From: Entomortierella parvispora E1425
Taxonomy: Eukaryota; Fungi; Mortierellomycota
Direction of reading: 5' to 3'
Length of the DNA stretch: 64,000 nucleotides
Assembly: GCA_020891255.1 (NCBI GenBank)
Contig: BQFW01000012.1
Coordinates: forward strand, 2,604,001-2,668,000
Below are positions 24,442 to 36,819 of this stretch, one piece after another. Numbering within the stretch: the first letter of the stretch is position 1; every line of letters begins with the position of its first letter. The position numbers and the translations under genes are program-made. Below the pieces are notes generated by a model. That model was not told the DNA's origin. It saw only the letters and a program-made list of their open reading frames with translations, and searched no databases.

Positions 24442-25190
24442 GGTCGAGGTGAAGCCAAGGTGGGGAGTCTCCCCCAGGTTAGCAGTCGAAGTAGACACCA
24501 TCATAAAATAATACCATATTTCAAGAAAGAGAGAGAGCGCAAGTGTGTTTTGTTTCTGTTGTTTTTCGTTGTTTGTAAAAAAAAAATAAAGGAATGTGGA
24601 AGATATAAGATCTCTTCGGCGCTTGATAACCCAAAAGCCAAATTAATGACAGAGTCGCATGCTTCTTTAAAGATCTTCCCTCTTGCGAAGTGGTGCGGTG
24701 ACCCGTAGGTCAACCACAACCTTGGCACTCACGTCGACGATGGTCCGGTTGTGAGACCAAAGACCGTCAAGTGAGCGTGGCAATGACGCGTGCTTTTTTG
24801 ATAAAGATTCTCCAGCTGGCCCGGATCTTGGCTCTTTTTATACCGCCCAGTCACTGCCCCCTTGCGGGGTTTCTGAGTATCTCGGTCGCAGGGGTGACAG
24901 TGGCGCTCAGCTCTTGCTGTCTGAGACTTGATTTGGTCTTCGATCGGACTCAATTAATGAGCAATGATTTCGATCTGCAAACGAAAAGAGTGACGGTGCT
25001 TCCCGCACAAGTGCGTGTGCCAGGAGTGCGTAGGCTGGAGGGGGAGGGGGCCTGAACTTCTCCACGGACAGAGTGGAATCAATAAAAGACATTCAGTCCT
25101 CCAGTACTTTCTCATTTCAAACCCGTTTTCCTTTCATCCTTGACCATCATCATCTTCCCTCTTCACTAATCCCACATCCCGCCTTCTTCA

Positions 25191-26259
25191 ATGGCATCTT
25201 ACTTTGACGACCACAGTCTTGAGGACCCCTACAAGGCCCGCAGACCCAACAACAACAACGCCAACAGCAATAGCCGGTTCAACCCCGACCTCTCACACTT
25301 CATGCCACGCGAGGACACAGACGAAACAGCACAAACTCCTTATCAAATGGGCGCCACTTCTATGCCGGGTGAAGGCGACTTTCGACGATTGGCACAGTAG
25401 GAACAAAGCGAGCCCTCGAGAAGCAGCAATTGAAGCAGTAAAATCCTTGCCGACTGACAGATACCACCTTTCTCCTTCCTCGACCTACTGTAAAATTTGA
25501 CTCCTCTCAGGTTGTTTGGCACCTTTCGTCAGCGCGAAGAGGCTCTTGGCGATGAAGAACACCAAGAGTTCCTAGATAACCTGATCACACAACTTATGGA
25601 TGAGGCTGGTGCCAGGTCAGTTCGATCTTGCCATGATCTTTGAGGAAAGGTTTTTGGAGCATCAAAGAAAAAAAAGAAAAAAAAGAGACTAACACCAAAG
25701 TGTTCAATTGCTCAATTGATTCAAACAGTGGCAAACATGGACCTCCTCCAGCTTCCAAGTCGTTTATCCGTGATCTTCCTTTTGTCCCTCTCAAGGAAGT
25801 TAAGAGAGGTACTAAGCTGACTCTTCAATTGCTGGATTTCACTCGATTCACTGGCTCAACCAATACTAAAACTCTCTCTCTCAATTCTGGACCTGACTTT
25901 TTCCTGTAGATGATGCCTGTATTATTTGCAATGAAAACTTTCAAGAGAACGAATCCAAGGCCGGGATCACCAAACTTCCCTGCAAGCACTTTTTCGACCG
26001 CGATTGCATTGTGCCTTGGCTTGAACTTGTAAGTGAGAATAGCATCACATTTCATCGACTTTTTTTTTTTTTTTTGATTTGATCATCCTCTCACACATTC
26101 TTTTTTCGCTCTCATCTTCACTCCTAGCACAACAATTGCCCGGCGTGCCGAGCAGAAGTTCCATCAGATGATCCAGTGTGGATCAAGAAGAAGCGCGATG
26201 CTGAGTTGGCCAAGTACGCTGCCGAGGCCGAAGTCGATGAAGATTGGATGTACTCGTAG
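25191..26259 (+). CDS. RING finger protein, RNF181/YBR062C-like E3 ligase; 5 exons
   Basis: MASYFDDH start, GPPPASKSFIRDLP, CIICNENF...[26 protein letters not shown], C-terminal EVDEDWMYS*. Termini resemble yeast YBR062C from memory. Confidence 0.88.
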
Positions 26260-26553
26260 ACAACAGAGCGTCCAGAAGAATGTACATGTGATATCTAGAT
26301 GTGAAGGAGCAAGAGAGCGTGTGCTGGCGTGTGCTGTCTGTACCTTGAGAATAATAAATATCTTTTAGACCATGCCGTCATGTGCCTGTGTAACCCATCA
26401 ACGACTTTTTTTTAAAAAAAAACGTTGAGTTTCCCGAAGTGGTTTTCTTTCTTTTCTTCTTCCACCCCATCCTTTCGCTCTCATCACACGTTATCCTGTA
26501 TCTGTACTGTACAGTACTCACATTTAGTTTCCTCAAACGGCACGCTGGCAGCA

Positions 26554-27906
26554 ATGGCTCAAAAGGCGCTCCGTCTTCCAGAAATCGTCCTCCACATTGT
26601 TGGGTTCCTGGAGTTCTCTGACCTGTGCGCCGTCGCCCGGGTCTCACGTCTCTGGCACCAAGCCGTCTCTCCCTCTCTGCCCTCGGGAGACTTTAGTTGG
26701 GACGACAATGCAGCTTGGAGCGAGAGCTGGGGAGATTATGACCTGGACCTCGAAGACCGGGATACGGTGGTGGCTCAACTTTCAGGTACCAGAAAACCTC
26801 GGTCCTTGACCTGCGACTTTAAAGAGTTCCCAGGCATGGCGATATACACCAATCAGTACAGGGACATTCAAAAACAGACCTGGCAACCCATCTTGGACCA
26901 ACTGATCTCGGGTCAATCCTGCCCGTACCATCTGGATTCGAATGGACGCAACGATTTTTTTACCTTTCCCATACTGATGAAGGCAACCAAGCTTCACCGA
27001 GTGACTCTCTGGACGGGAGACGTGAGCCAGTTGACCCAAATCTTGAATCTGCCAAATTTGCAGGAAACCCTCCGGATATTGTCGCTCAAGAGCTGCTGGT
27101 GGCCCAGAACGGGTTTGCCCTTTGCCAACAAGATGCGATTTCGATTAACACGACTGGACATGGTAATGACCGAGATGTCGGACCCGGATATGAAGCGACT
27201 ACTGGAGGCTTGCCCAGACCTTCGGTCGTTAAAATCTGTGGACGTGATGGCCCGTTGGAATGTGCCTTTGATAAAACACTTGTCAACGTACAATCCACAG
27301 CTCAAAACCTTTCGATTCTCCTGCAAGCCTAGTACAGGCATGGCGGGCGTAGTGGACGATGCACAGTTGACATGGCTGGTGGAGAACCTGAATCAGGACT
27401 TGCGAACCCTGGGATTGTACCGGTTGAATGTCTCGTTGGAACCCTGGGAAAGGTTCTTGAGTAGATTTAGGAACCTGACGAGATTGGAGTTGCTTGGCAA
27501 GAATCACAAGAGCAATGGAGAGCGGGTGTATCGGCTCTTGGAGCACTCAAAAGTTTTGGAGCATCTCATCACAGAGAATGTTCACATCCCCATGGCCATG
27601 ATCGAGGCACCGATAGCCAGGTGTGCTTGCAAAGGACTCAAGACATTGGAGATTGGATTTGGATCTGGGCATTGGGAAAATTTAGGGAAAGAAAATAAGG
27701 ACGAGGTCATCCACGACTCCAGGACCGTGTTCACGTTCCTCGCTCGCAATTTAGTCGACTTGGAGCGACTCTTGATTAGGAAGAATCGTCTGGCGGCCAC
27801 CAAAGAAGGTGGAGTGAGTGAACTCCAATCCATGACGCGACTCTATTCTTTTCAGATTGAGGTGGAAGGCAAAGAAGTTGAGTCGCTGTCGTCAATCTTG
27901 GAGTAG
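26554..27906 (+). CDS. F-box/LRR (RNI-like) protein, copy 1
   Basis: N-terminal F-box ALRLPEIVLHIVGFLEFSDLCAVARVSRLWHQAV, followed by degenerate LRRs and the CKGLKTLEI motif. Confidence 0.85.
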   Translation: MAQKALRLPEIVLHIVGFLEFSDLCAVARVSRLWHQAVSPSLPSGDFSWDDNAAWSESWGDYDLDLEDRDTVVAQLSGTRKPRSLTCDFKEFPGMAIYTNQYRDIQKQTWQPILDQLISGQSCPYHLDSNGRNDFFTFPILMKATKLHRVTLWTGDVSQLTQILNLPNLQETLRILSLKSCWWPRTGLPFANKMRFRLTRLDMVMTEMSDPDMKRLLEACPDLRSLKSVDVMARWNVPLIKHLSTYNPQLKTFRFSCKPSTGMAGVVDDAQLTWLVENLNQDLRTLGLYRLNVSLEPWERFLSRFRNLTRLELLGKNHKSNGERVYRLLEHSKVLEHLITENVHIPMAMIEAPIARCACKGLKTLEIGFGSGHWENLGKENKDEVIHDSRTVFTFLARNLVDLERLLIRKNRLAATKEGGVSELQSMTRLYSFQIEVEGKEVESLSSILE

Positions 27907-28220
27907 CTCTCTGTCGGGTCTGCGATGGGGGTCTGGAGTAGATAGTACTGTAGAGATGGAGAACAATAATCGGGAACGAGAGCAAGACTGACCTGACCCT
28001 TGAAGCCAGTTATGTAAAAAAAAAAAAAAAAAAAAAAAAAGACGAGAAAGGGGTGCGCGTTCCAAGCTCAATTGAGAGCATGCGTCAAAAAGCTGACGCC
28101 GCCGCAGCGGGCCACAGCTTCCTTTCTGTGTTCTCATTCCATTTCGATGCATCTCTTCATGTTCCATTCCTTCCCTCTTCTTTGCTTCTTAATACCTTTA
28201 TTAAATAGCTTTTGTTTAAA

Positions 28221-29678
28221 ATGGCCCATAAAGCTTTGAGCATCCCTGAAATCGTGCTCAGCATTGCCCAATCGCTCGAGTTTTCCGATTTGGTCGTCGC
28301 CTCTCGAGTTTCGCGTCTCTGGTACCGGGTAATCGCCCCTGATCTCCCCACAGATGACTTCTGCTGGGATGACCGTCCTCTGAAAGCAACTGAAGACCTT
28401 GACAGAGTCCACAAGCAGCTTGTGAATAGCCGCAACCCTCGGTCCATGAGCTGTACCTTCAGGTCGTTCAGTGGCAAAACAAATATCGTGACAAACGAAT
28501 GGAGAGAACAGCAATTCCATAGCTGGCGACCCATCCTGGACCCTTTGATTTCTGGCAAAGTCCAACTCTATGACTTGTCCACGAATCATGGGCATCTGGA
28601 GACTTTTCTCCTCCCCACTCTGCAAAACGCCAATCGACTCCACCGATTGCAACTGTGGGATATCCCCATGACGGACGAGTTGAACGAGGTGTTACGATGG
28701 CCCGAGCTGCAGACGTTGAGGATCTTGTCCTTCCGGGGTACTGGGGGTACTAGGCGGGATTCATATCAGATGCGACTTAAAGCACAGTTTCCATGGACGT
28801 GCCTGGAATTGGAATCGGCCTTTATTACGGAAAAAACACTCAAGCAGGTCTTGGAGTGTTGTTCGAATCTCCGTGTACTGCGTGTGGTGGATTCCATAGA
28901 CCGTTGGAGTGAATCACTGTTGAGGCATCTGTCAGTTTGCAACCCTGCATTGAGGTCGTTTCGGCTGTCGTGCAAGTTTACAGACTCGCGCACAGGAGGG
29001 GACATTAAAGATACTCAACTTGAAGTGGTGATTGACAATTTGGACTTAGATGTGAGTACTCTTGGACTGTATCATATGAATGTCTCGACAACATGTTGGC
29101 AACGGTTCCAGAAGAAGTTTGCGAACCTGACCAGGCTGGAACTACTAGGTGCGAACCATGAAAGCTGTGGACCATTGGTTTATTGGTACTTGGAAAAGTC
29201 AGCCAGATTGGAGCATCTAGTCACAGAGAACGTTTACATCCCCATGTATCTCATCAATGGGACAACGTCCAAAAAGTGGGTTTGCAAAGGACTGAAAACA
29301 CTCGAGATTGGATTCGGTCCTGGACCTGCAGCACTTTTGGAAACAAGGGATCAAAACCATGTTAGAGCCGAATCGAGGGTCATGTTTGCGTTCCTGGCTC
29401 GCAATGCGCCTTTCTTGGAGCGACTCCTGATCAGAAAAAGACGCGTGGCAGCTACTGACATTGGGGGCATAGGGATGCTCAAGGCCATGGAGGGGCTGCA
29501 GTTTCTTCATATCGATTCGGAGGAAGACATCTGTGAAACTGGGTCGCTGTCATCTATCTTGGCGCAACTCTCCGTAATGTCTGATGTGGAGGAATGCTTC
29601 GGGGACCAGAGTCTCTTGCACGCACGCGTCGAGAAGACTTGTTTGCAATCCTGTCCACCACAGTGGACTTCTGAGTAG
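28221..29678 (+). CDS. F-box/LRR (RNI-like) protein, copy 2 (tandem paralog)
   Basis: ALSIPEIVLSIAQSLEFSDLVVASRVSRLWYRVI. Shares NLTRLELLG.NH.S.G, LEHL.TENV.IPM, CKGLKTLEIGFG and LARN...LERLLIRK with copy 1. Confidence 0.85.
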   Translation: MAHKALSIPEIVLSIAQSLEFSDLVVASRVSRLWYRVIAPDLPTDDFCWDDRPLKATEDLDRVHKQLVNSRNPRSMSCTFRSFSGKTNIVTNEWREQQFHSWRPILDPLISGKVQLYDLSTNHGHLETFLLPTLQNANRLHRLQLWDIPMTDELNEVLRWPELQTLRILSFRGTGGTRRDSYQMRLKAQFPWTCLELESAFITEKTLKQVLECCSNLRVLRVVDSIDRWSESLLRHLSVCNPALRSFRLSCKFTDSRTGGDIKDTQLEVVIDNLDLDVSTLGLYHMNVSTTCWQRFQKKFANLTRLELLGANHESCGPLVYWYLEKSARLEHLVTENVYIPMYLINGTTSKKWVCKGLKTLEIGFGPGPAALLETRDQNHVRAESRVMFAFLARNAPFLERLLIRKRRVAATDIGGIGMLKAMEGLQFLHIDSEEDICETGSLSSILAQLSVMSDVEECFGDQSLLHARVEKTCLQSCPPQWTSE

Positions 29679-29896
29679 AAGTGCACTCACGATCACGAAT
29701 CGGCTGCAGCATCCCAGTGTCGGATGTGCTTCAGAGGACAGAGAACCTAGTCTCAGCAGGATCGCTTTCACTATCATCGCAGACAGAACAATTAGACATG
29801 CTCTCCTTGGAGGAATGAATGTCGTTCCTGCGCCAATAAAGTAATATTTCTTATTTTCTTTTTTGCTTTATTGCTTTTTTTCCGAATGACATGAAT

Positions 29897-30631
29897 CTAC
29901 TTCCGTTCGTAGACAGTGTACTCGTATTGGAAGGATCCTTCTGTGATAAGACCTCCTTCCACAGGCTCCTGCAACAGTTCTTCCAAGTGCTTGTGTCCCT
30001 GTTGACTTGGGAGTAAGGTGTACTCTGACTCTTTGATCTCTGGAAAGAAGGTATCGCATTCCACAGTGGCGTGGACCCTTGTCAAGTAGATGTGTTTGCA
30101 GTCCTTGGACAGAACGCCTTCGTTGTAGAGCTGGGCACCACCAATCAGATAGATGTGATCGACCTGTGTTTGGTCTGCAGGAGCCGAGGGGACGGAGTAA
30201 TGAAGAGACTCTGCAAGACTCAAGGCGGCTTCAAGAGAAGAGGCAAGTCGGACATGAGGATTGGACTTTTCAGGTTTGTCGCTACTCAGGATATTTGATA
30301 AAAGTCGAGTCAGTTCCCTTGACTCAGCCAAAAACAAACTTTCAATAAATTAAATAAAGTCAAACGCTTACTCAAGGTAATGAGGATCACGCGAGACAAT
30401 GATGTTGAGCCTGGAGGTCAGAGGCCTGAACTTTTGGGGGATGGATTCCCATGTCTTTCGTCCCATGATACACGCGTTGATGGCAGAGGGAGGAGAGGAG
30501 GCGGAGGTCTTTGAGGTGAGCTTTGCAAAGAAGGCCATGTCCTTACGCAGACGCCAGGGCAGAGTTCCATTGAGGCCGATTCCATTGGCGAGATCAGCCG
30601 CGACGACAATGGCAAATGATCGGAGGGACAT
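29897..30631 (-). CDS. DFR1: Dihydrofolate reductase; 2 exons
   Basis: [68 protein letters not shown]. Confidence 0.97.
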
Positions 30632-30689
30632 TGATGCAGGGATGGACAGAGAAGGAGAGAGAAGGAGAGAGGGAACGGCGAACAGCAAG

Positions 30690-30831
30690 GGACAGACAGA
30701 CGGACAGACGGACAGGAGAGGCGAGGACAGTCAGACAGGGACAGAGTGAAGAGAGAAAGAGACAGAGAGCGAAGCGGACGCGTGCCTGTGGTGACCAGCA
30801 GGGAGGGAAGGAAAGCAAAAAAAAAAAAAAA

Positions 30832-30862
<31 letters not shown>

Positions 30863-31240
30863 GGACCAACCAAGGGCGGGGGAACCTGGTTCGTCCGTTC
30901 ATTCGTTTCGTCCGGTTCGTTGATTTTGTTCGCTCGTTCCATGTGCGCCCTGACCTGCCATGGGCTGGCTGGATATGGCTGGCTGGATATGGCTGGCTGG
31001 ATGGCTGGATGGCTGTGGGACAGGGACAACGAGCGAGGGACGAGAGACGGGAGGGATGGATGGATGGATGGCGCTCTCTCTTTCTTTCCCTTTCTTCTTG
31101 CTCTCTTCCCTTCTCTTCTCTCTTCTCTTTTCTTTCCCTCTTGTCCATTGTCCGTTCTGTCCCCCATCCCCACTCCATCCTCCATCCCTCTCCCCTCCTT
31201 CCGTTCTTCCTTCCTTCCTTCCTTCCTCCTTTCCTTTCGT
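30690..31240. repeat. Simple-repeat-rich DHFR/SSD1 intergenic region: (GACA), (GA), (GGAT), GGCTGGATAT and (CCTT) arrays
   Basis: Read directly. These arrays generate the many overlapping low-complexity ORFs in the track. Confidence 0.75.
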
Positions 31241-31440
31241 CTTCCTTCCTCCTCGTCTCGTCTCGTTCCTCTTGTCTATATCCCCCGTGTGTCCCTCTGC
31301 GGTATCAACCTTCCACTAAACGGTTGCACGCATATACAGAGCACGCCCTACCAGACCGAAGGATCCCTTCCTTGACCATTAAAAAAAAAAAAAAAAAAAA
31401 CGCCCTGCACCAATCATAGCTCTCTCGTTCCATTTCCGCC

Positions 31441-34400
31441 ATGGATCCCACCGTGGTCACCCCAGCCGAGAGTCCCTCTGCCTCCCTCGCTGCATCCTCG
31501 ACTGCGGCCCCCGCCTCGTCTCGTACCCAGAGAACCCCACGCAACAGTGTCCCCAAGAAAGACACCCCTGACAGCTCCTCGTCCAAGGACAGCGCCTCCA
31601 AGGGCCCCGCTGCTGCCCCTGCCAAAAAGACTGCCGACTCGCCTTCCTCGCCTACGGGGCGTCAAGGCGCGCCAGCCAAGAAGCACGCTTCGTCCAAGAC
31701 AAAGTCCGAGTCAGGCGCTGATGGCAGCACTCCCGCCGCAGGATCATCTGCCGATGGCTCATCGTCATCTTCCCCCAGCAAGAGTCGCCCTCAACAAGCC
31801 TCCTCATCTTCAGCAGATGGGGCCAAAAAGACTGGCGAGCGCAGCACCATCAAGAAGCAGCCACAACAGCAGCCTGGCAAAGGCAAAAATACTGATGGAG
31901 CTGTACCCTCTTCCGCGGGCAATGCTGCAGAGTCGTCCTCGACGCCCAAGCGCACTGAAAGGCTCTCGACCGCCAGCAACACCAGCACATCCAGCAACAA
32001 CAACAACCCTGGCAAGAAAAAGGGCGCTACCATTGGCAACAACGGAAAAGAGCCCACCAGGGCATCCACCAAAGGCCCTGATGCCGATACAGACAGTGGC
32101 AGCAACGTGAGCTCAGACACCACGGCCACAAACGCCAAACGATCATCCAGGATCAGAGGCGCCGCAGTAGGCACAACAGCCCCATCCACAGCATCGGCAT
32201 CATCGACGGCCACATCTCCAAAGAAGGCCGGCGCCAATAGCCGCGAAAGCAACAAATCCAAGACTGGTGCACGTCAGCCCAAGGACAGTGCCAGCGCCTC
32301 CGCCATTCGTCCTTCCTCCATCACATCCTCAGGTTCGCTCTTGACGTCTTCTTCTTCCATGTCTCCATCATCCCCTACCTCCCCTGCTTCTTTTGCCTCC
32401 TCGCCATCCTCTCCATTGGCCTCGTCTGCCTTGGATCAGTTCTCTGCTGGTGAAAACGAACATCACAGCCGTCGTGAGGACTCGCCCTTCAAGCAAGGCG
32501 GTGGAGCAGATGTATCCCATATCAAGACTTCGGCCATGAGAGAGCCTTCAACGTTGGGCGCCGGAACTGGCTCTGCCCATTCACCATTGAGTGGTAGCAG
32601 CCCTTCGAGTCGCCGCTCGTCTGCTTTGAACCCGCTGGCAGACAAGTTTGGATTTGGACGACTTGGCGGCCTCCCTACTGTCGAAGAGACAGTCTCTGAG
32701 AAGAAGGGCTCTCCAGAGCCCCATTTCACTGCCACCACCACCACCAACACCCCCACGAGCCAACCTCCTGCTGGAGCAGCTAAGCGTGGACATACCAGGA
32801 GTTTGTCAATGAAGGAGCAGTTGGACCAACTTGGCCTGGAGAACGGAAAGGAGGGCACGCCAAAGACCCTTCAATCGTTGCAGGATATCATCAGCAGTCT
32901 CAAGAGCTTGCCCTCCAGCCATGCAAGCACCGAGGCTGCAGGTAGCACGTCTCGCCATGAGAAGCGTCTCTCCATGTCATCGCTGCCCAACAACAGGAGC
33001 TCTGTGGGCGGTCCCCTGAACCAAAGCCCCTCGACAACCACACTCCACATCTCTCAGCCACCTAGAGGAACCAACATCGAAACAGCGCTGCAGTCCACTG
33101 TCGCCACCCTTCGTCGTCTTTCTCTCTCCGACTCCAAGAGACCCGTTATCAACCTCAAGGAAGAAGAGGCAGGTTCCAACGATTTTTTATTAGCGCCATG
33201 AGAATGAAGGGCAGAGAACGAATGATTGGAATGTACTAACTGTGATCGCATTACCCTGTTTTATACAGACCACTAGCTCAGCTGAAAAGACCAACAACAG
33301 ACGTTCCGTTGCCTTTGCTCCTCGGGACTTGGCCTCAACAGCAGAGGATTCTCTGGAAGGCAGACATAACAGGCGATCTGCCGTGATGGGAGGAGCATCT
33401 GCAGACACCTACACGGCGCCCACTGAATCGTCCTCATCTGCATACAAGCCCAATCGTCGCTCAGTCGTTATTTCACAACAGGAGCTTGATGCCCTCAGAG
33501 AAGGACGTGCCTATGTTCCCCCAACTTTTGGATTCGCCAGTGATGATGAAGAGCCAGATGCGATTGCCGATACACTTTCGGCTTTGGAGGGCAAGGGATC
33601 TCTTAGCAACCGATCAAGCTTCGCTGCCAAAGGACCCCAGAGAGGAGGTTCTGGTGCCAGCGTGGATCCAGACTCGCTTGCGGAATTTGCCTCTAATCTT
33701 CCCAGTCATATGAGAGGTGTTGCTGGCGCTGCTCTTGTGAACAACGATGATGCTCAAGACCGCCGTCGCTACACTACTGCCTTCCACTCTATGGGGCTTG
33801 GCTCGAACCGTGCCTCGGCACTTCCAGCTTCAGGTGCATCAGGAACAGCCAACAAGCGTCTCTCGATGGTCCCTACTACTCGCGAATCGGATCGCAAAGA
33901 TTGGCGCAACTGTATGTTATTGCCTCCTCATACCGCACTATGTGGATATATTGGAGCGTTGACTAACGCTTATTGTTATTCTTTTATTCTGAACAGCAAC
34001 TCCCGTTGCTATGCATGGATCCAATCGCGACAGCATTTCATTCAAGGATAGCGCAAATGGCCGTCGACCACTGTTCTTGGCCCATTTGACCTATTCTGAT
34101 TTCCACTCGCTCTTGACCAAGCAAAAGCACAAGTATGTCCAAGGTGTGTTGCGTATCAACAAGCGCAACCGCTCAGATGCCTACGTCACGGTTGATACTC
34201 TCCCAGAGGGCGACGTCTACATTTGCGGCAGCAAGGACCGAAACCGTGCGTTGGAGGGAGATGTGGTCGGAATTGAATTGATTGATCCCGAGGAACTGCC
34301 TCAGCAGAAACTGGAGGGCAGCAAAGACAAAAAGAAGAGCAAGCGGATGGACGATGCTGTGGGCGAGCCTGCTGAGCCTGATGTCGACGAGATCAAGCCC

Positions 34401-36819
34401 AAGTACTGCGGACGTGTCGTTTCCATTGTCGAGCGCTCTCTCTCGCAAATGTTCTCAGGAACGCTTACCCTTCAGCGACCCAGCGGCTCAAGCAAGAAAA
34501 ACGACCGCAAGAAGCAGGACGAGGATGACGCCAAGGGTCAGCCCCGTATTGTTTGGTTCAAGCCTACGGACAAGCGTGTTCCTTTGATTGCCATCCCAAT
34601 CGACCAGGCTCCTGCCGACTTTATTGAGAACCATGCATCATATGTCCACAAGCTCTTTGTGGCGACTGTGAAGCGCTGGCCTTTGAGTTCTCTGCATCCT
34701 TTCGGGCAGCTGGAGCGTGAGTTAGGTGACATTGGCAATATCGAGATCGAGACTGAGGCGCTCTTGGCGGACAACAACGTTACGACAACTGCCTTTGGTG
34801 AAAAGGTTGAGAAGTGCCTGCCTGACCTGCCTTGGTCTATTCCCGAGAAGGAGCTCAGTCGCCGTCGCGATTTGAGACAGGATTGTATCTTTACAATCGA
34901 TCCTGCGACCGCCAAGGATCTGGATGATGCAGTGTCGTGCACTCGACTTGACGATGGCGCCTATGAGATTGGTGTCCATATTGCCGACGTGTCCCATTTC
35001 ATCAAGGTCGGATCTGCGTTGGATCGCGAAGCAAAGTCCAGAGCAACAACCGTCTATCTGGTCCAGAAGGCGATTCCCATGTTGCCCAACGTACTTTGCG
35101 AGGACTTGTGCAGTTTGACGGCGAATGTGGAAAGGCTGGCGTTCTCTGTTTTCTGGAAGATGACGGAAGATGGCGATGTTTTGAACACGTCTTTCTCAAA
35201 ATCTGTGATCCGCTCCTGTGCACAGTTGTCTTATGATGATGCCCAGAGAGTCATCACCACAGGATCATTGGACCCCAAGGTGGAGGTCTTTGGTCAACCT
35301 CGCTCTTTGGTGGAGGACAACATCAAGGTCTTCTTTGTAAGTGCATCATGAACTGCTTCAGGAGCTGGTTGATATTGTCCGGATTCGAAATGGTTGGGAC
35401 GAAACTAATACTATGATTCATGTTACAAATCCCAATGATAGAAACTGTCACAAATCCTTCGCCAAAAACGTTTCGAGAACGGCGCCTTGTCCATCAACTC
35501 TATCAAACTCAACTTTGAAACGGACGAAATCTTCAACCCTCTTGACGTCTCCGTCTATGAACTGAAGGAGTCTAACCGCCTGATTGAGGAATTCATGTTG
35601 CTTGCCAACATGTCAGTTGCCAAACAAATCTTTGAATTCTTCCCAGAGCAGGCTCTCCTTCGTCGCCATGAGCAACCCCTGGAGAAGCGCATGGTTGACT
35701 TTATTTCTCACATGAACAAGATTGGTCTGGACTTGGACGCGTCGAGCTCAGGAGCGTTGCAGCAGTCTTTGGATGCGATTCAGGATCCGGACGTTCGCAA
35801 GGTCGTGAGGCTATTGGTCATCAAGCCCATGCAGCGCGCAAAGTACATTTGCACAGGCATGCTTTCACCCGAAAAATACCACCATTACGCATTGAACGCG
35901 CCCCTGTACACCCACTTCACATCTCCTATCCGTCGCTATGCCGATATCATCGTTCACCGCATGCTGGAAGCCTCATTGACTGGAGGTAAGGACAAGCGCA
36001 CCAGGAATTAGTTTTGTTTCCAGGACTGTTGGCCTCGTCTCTTTACTAACAAGGTCTTTTTGGTCTTTTTTTCCTTTCTCCCTTTATACGCTTTCAGATT
36101 CAAAATTTTACCTGGGCAAGGAATCTTGCCAAAAGAGTGCTAACCACTGCAACATCAAGAAGGACGCTGCTAAATTGGCCCAGGAGCAATCCAGCCACGT
36201 CTATCTCTCGGTCTTGCTCCACAACATGACGGAGTCCAAAGGCATGGTCATCCGTGATGCCATTGTTGTGCAGGTTCTAGACGCTGCTTTTGATGTTCTG
36301 GTGCCCGAATACGGTTTGGAGAAACGCGTCTATGTCGACCAATTGCCCTTGGATCGACATGCCTGGAACGAATCCTCGGAGACTCTCAGACTTTACTGGG
36401 GCACTGATGCATTCAAGGTCCCTACCGAGGACGACGAGCTCGACAACAGCAAAAACAACCAAAACAAGCGTCTTTCTGCTCTGCCCGCTCGCATGGAGTC
36501 CATGGATCATCCTGACGATGCCACGAACGCTTACGATGACGAGCGTGGTCTCTTTGATGATGAGAGTGATTACGAAGATGAGGACGAACACTCGAGCGGT
36601 GGAAACGGCGCCGGAAGCGATGATGATGATGCCGAAGGTGATGACGAGGCCCGCCGTTTGACTCGAATCAACATCTTTGGACACGTCAAGGTGTTGATCA
36701 CGGCCGATACTACTGTTTCGCCTCCTGTGATCAAGGTCATCGCCGTCAACCCCTATGCCACCACGGAACCAGATACCAATGCCCCGGTCGGCGCCTTTGC
36801 TGCTGGCATCGAAGCCTAA
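31441..36819 (+). CDS. SSD1: Ssd1/Dis3L2-family RNB-domain protein with a long disordered N-terminus; multi-exon
   Basis: RPLFLAHL, GVLRINKRNRSDAYV, YICGSKDRNRALEGD, VWFKPTDKRVPLIAIP, WPLSSLHPFG, TIDPATAKDLDDA, GVHIADVS, SNRLIEEFMLLAN, LLRRH, HYALNAPLYTHFTSPIRRYAD. Confidence 0.92.

Noticed and set aside
24439-24708. In-frame continuation after the TGA (possible readthrough)
   Set aside because: The downstream codons translate AT-rich, UTR-like simple sequence, with no readthrough context or protein-like features.
30399-31419. Several 120-270 aa overlapping ORFs
   Set aside because: Products of GA/CT/GGAT microsatellites in the DHFR-SSD1 intergenic region.
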